A stretch of 64,000 nucleotides of DNA. Source: an uncultured Bacilli bacterium. Its GTDB lineage: Bacteria > Bacillota_I > Bacilli_A > RF39 > UBA660. The stretch covers positions 9,078 through 73,077 of the forward strand of contig CALVYA010000004.1 of NCBI GenBank assembly GCA_944371905.1. The letters run 5' to 3'. Of this stretch, positions 62,075-64,000 are shown piece after piece. A model generated the notes under the pieces. The model made no database searches. It saw nothing but the letters and a program-made list of their open reading frames with translations, and was not told the DNA's origin. Position 1 is the first letter of the stretch; every line of letters starts with the position of its first letter. Both the position numbers and the translations under genes were made by a program.

Positions 62075-63523
62075 TTACACATTAATCTTTTCGCGTTCTA
62101 ATCTATCTTTTAAATGACGCATGGCTTCTTCTATGTCATTAAAATATATAGTCTCTTTCTTTAGTTTCTGATATGTTTCGTTTCCTTTACCAAGAATTAA
62201 CACAATATCCTTTTCATCTGCCATATCAATGGCACGTTTAATTGCCATACTTCTATCTACTACAATTTCGAAATTTTTATGATCTTCTTTAATATCCCTA
62301 ATCATCATATTAATAATATCTATTGGCTCTTCGCTTCTTGGATCTTCATAAGTAAAAATAGCATAACTAGCATTATCTACTACTGTTTTTCCCATTAACG
62401 GTCTTTTTAAATAATCACGTTCTCCAGCAGAACCAATAACTACAATACTCCTATTGATATCTAATGTATGAACAAAGTTTAAAAGTTTGCTAATTCCATT
62501 AGGTGTATGAGCATAATCTACCATGACATAGAATTTTTGCCCAATATTAGGTAACATATCAAGTCGCCCGGACACAAATAACTTATCGACATTTTTTAGT
62601 ATCTCTTCTATTTTTTTACCCGTAGCAAGACAAACTAGAATAGCACAAGCTAAATTATAAACATTAAAATCTCCTAGTAATGGGCTTACAATTTCATAAT
62701 TTTGATCGTTATATCGATAAGTAATAATTGTCTTATCAGGGCGAATAGTAAAGCTTTTAATTTGTAAAGTGTTATCCTCATCTTTTCCGTAAGTATAAAT
62801 ATGTGCACACTCACAACTTTTCCTTACAGTCTCATATAATTCATCATCTTTATTTAAAATAGCATATCCATCTTTTTCAATTTGCCTAAATAATTGACAT
62901 TTGCAATCAACATAGTTTTCAAAGTTACCATGAATATTCAAATGTTCTCTGGTAATATTCGTAATAGCCCCTATTTTATAAGTAATTCCTGTTAATCTAC
63001 CCCTAAAGAAAGCTTCACTAGAAGATTCCATGGCTACATATTTACATCCCGCTTTAACAAATTCATCTAAATATCCATATAATTTATCTCCGTCTGGTGT
63101 AGTATTATTAGTATCTTTGTTAAATTTACTACAACTTCTTCCATTAGTACCAATATAACCACAAATGTCATTTCCTAATAGAGTCTGGGTAATAGTCGCA
63201 ACACTCGTTTTACCATCCGTACCTGTAATTCCTATCATATTCAATTTATTCTCTGGATGATCATAGAACAAAGAACAAAGTCTAGGTACTTCTGCATTCG
63301 TATCTTCTACTTTAATAGTAGGGACATCAGAATTAACATCACGACTCACTACTAGTGCTACTGCACCATTTTTAATAGCATCTGGAATAAAATCATGTCT
63401 GTCTGCAGTAACCCCCATAGTACAGACAAACAAATCTCCTGGTTCTACTTCTTTAGAATTTATTTTTATACCTTTAATTTCAATCTCCGGTGCATTATTA
63501 TAAAGTTCATTTAGTTTCTTCAT
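62075..63523 (-). CDS. murE: UDP-N-acetylmuramyl-tripeptide ligase MurE
   Basis: GITGTDGKTS, NTTP, MESSS, NITREHL, VDYAHTP, EDPRSE, GKGNE; start MKKL at 63523. Confidence 0.93.
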   Translation of the reverse strand: MKKLNELYNNAPEIEIKGIKINSKEVEPGDLFVCTMGVTADRHDFIPDAIKNGAVALVVSRDVNSDVPTIKVEDTNAEVPRLCSLFYDHPENKLNMIGITGTDGKTSVATITQTLLGNDICGYIGTNGRSCSKFNKDTNNTTPDGDKLYGYLDEFVKAGCKYVAMESSSEAFFRGRLTGITYKIGAITNITREHLNIHGNFENYVDCKCQLFRQIEKDGYAILNKDDELYETVRKSCECAHIYTYGKDEDNTLQIKSFTIRPDKTIITYRYNDQNYEIVSPLLGDFNVYNLACAILVCLATGKKIEEILKNVDKLFVSGRLDMLPNIGQKFYVMVDYAHTPNGISKLLNFVHTLDINRSIVVIGSAGERDYLKRPLMGKTVVDNASYAIFTYEDPRSEEPIDIINMMIRDIKEDHKNFEIVVDRSMAIKRAIDMADEKDIVLILGKGNETYQKLKKETIYFNDIEEAMRHLKDRLEREKINV

Positions 63524-63629
63524 TTTCTCATCTCCATACATCATAAGTATACAGTAAAATCCGTAAAAAAAGTAGACATTACCTTGAAATATACAAATAT
63601 TTACAGTATAGTAGTACAAGGTGATAAAA

Positions 63630-64000
63630 ATGAATTTAACATTAATCAATGCAAAAACAGATTTAGGAGTTATAGTAGATGGAAGTGATAAAGGACCTGA
63701 AATCATTAGTAATCATTTTAAAAACAGTACTAAAATTCATAAAATAATTAATATAGATAAACCTAATATTATTAAAAGTAAAAACAAAAAAGATTTAGAA
63801 AAAAACTTAGATGGTATTAATATCTTTAATCAAAAACTATACGAAGCTGTTAAAGAAGTTAAAAATAACAATGAGTTTCCTATTATTTTAGGAGGCGATC
63901 ATAGTTTAGCTATCGGGTCCGCTTTAGCTTCTATTCAAAAAGAAAAAAAGTTAGGAATTATTTGGATCGACTCTCATGGAGATTACAATACTTTTGAAAC
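63630..64000 (+). CDS. rocF: Arginase family protein, 3'-truncated by window edge
   Basis: [10 protein letters not shown] and [10 protein letters not shown] motifs; SD AAGGTG. Confidence 0.85.
   Translation, partial: MNLTLINAKTDLGVIVDGSDKGPEIISNHFKNSTKIHKIINIDKPNIIKSKNKKDLEKNLDGINIFNQKLYEAVKEVKNNNEFPIILGGDHSLAIGSALASIQKEKKLGIIWIDSHGDYNTFE

Overview
Low-GC (visually under 30%) chromosomal window from a Bacillota/Bacilli organism. It resembles uncultured gut Bacilli and carries murE plus sporulation-type genes spoIIM, spoVB and ylbJ. Housekeeping genes include hrcA-grpE-dnaK-pepF-dnaJ, rarA, xerD-deoB, mnmA, mtaB/rsmE/miaA, mutL, uvrC, trxA, mutS, tmk/thyX, lepA-hemW, murE and an arginase. Two accessory systems stand out. 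(1) A complete type II-A CRISPR-Cas9 locus (cas9-tracrRNA-cas1-cas2-long csn2-array). Its 36-bp-repeat array holds one 506-bp, fully open-reading 'giant spacer' between two repeats, and its cas9 leader contains a terminator-like hairpin. (2) A dispersed family of three paralogous secreted proteins with a TasA/camelysin-like N-terminus and C-type-lectin-like '(G/S)VR(P/A)VINL' C-terminal domains. One copy has a ~59% GC, NNC-codon-rich 3' segment typical of a diversity-generating-retroelement variable region, but no RT, Avd or template repeat is present in the window. Two copies have G12 homopolymers between -35 and -10, which suggests phase-variable promoters. These two copies also share conserved 5' and 3' flanks and bracket the mutS...mutL block. 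The third copy abuts a type IV pilin/PilB cluster. All calls are by eye, without database searches.
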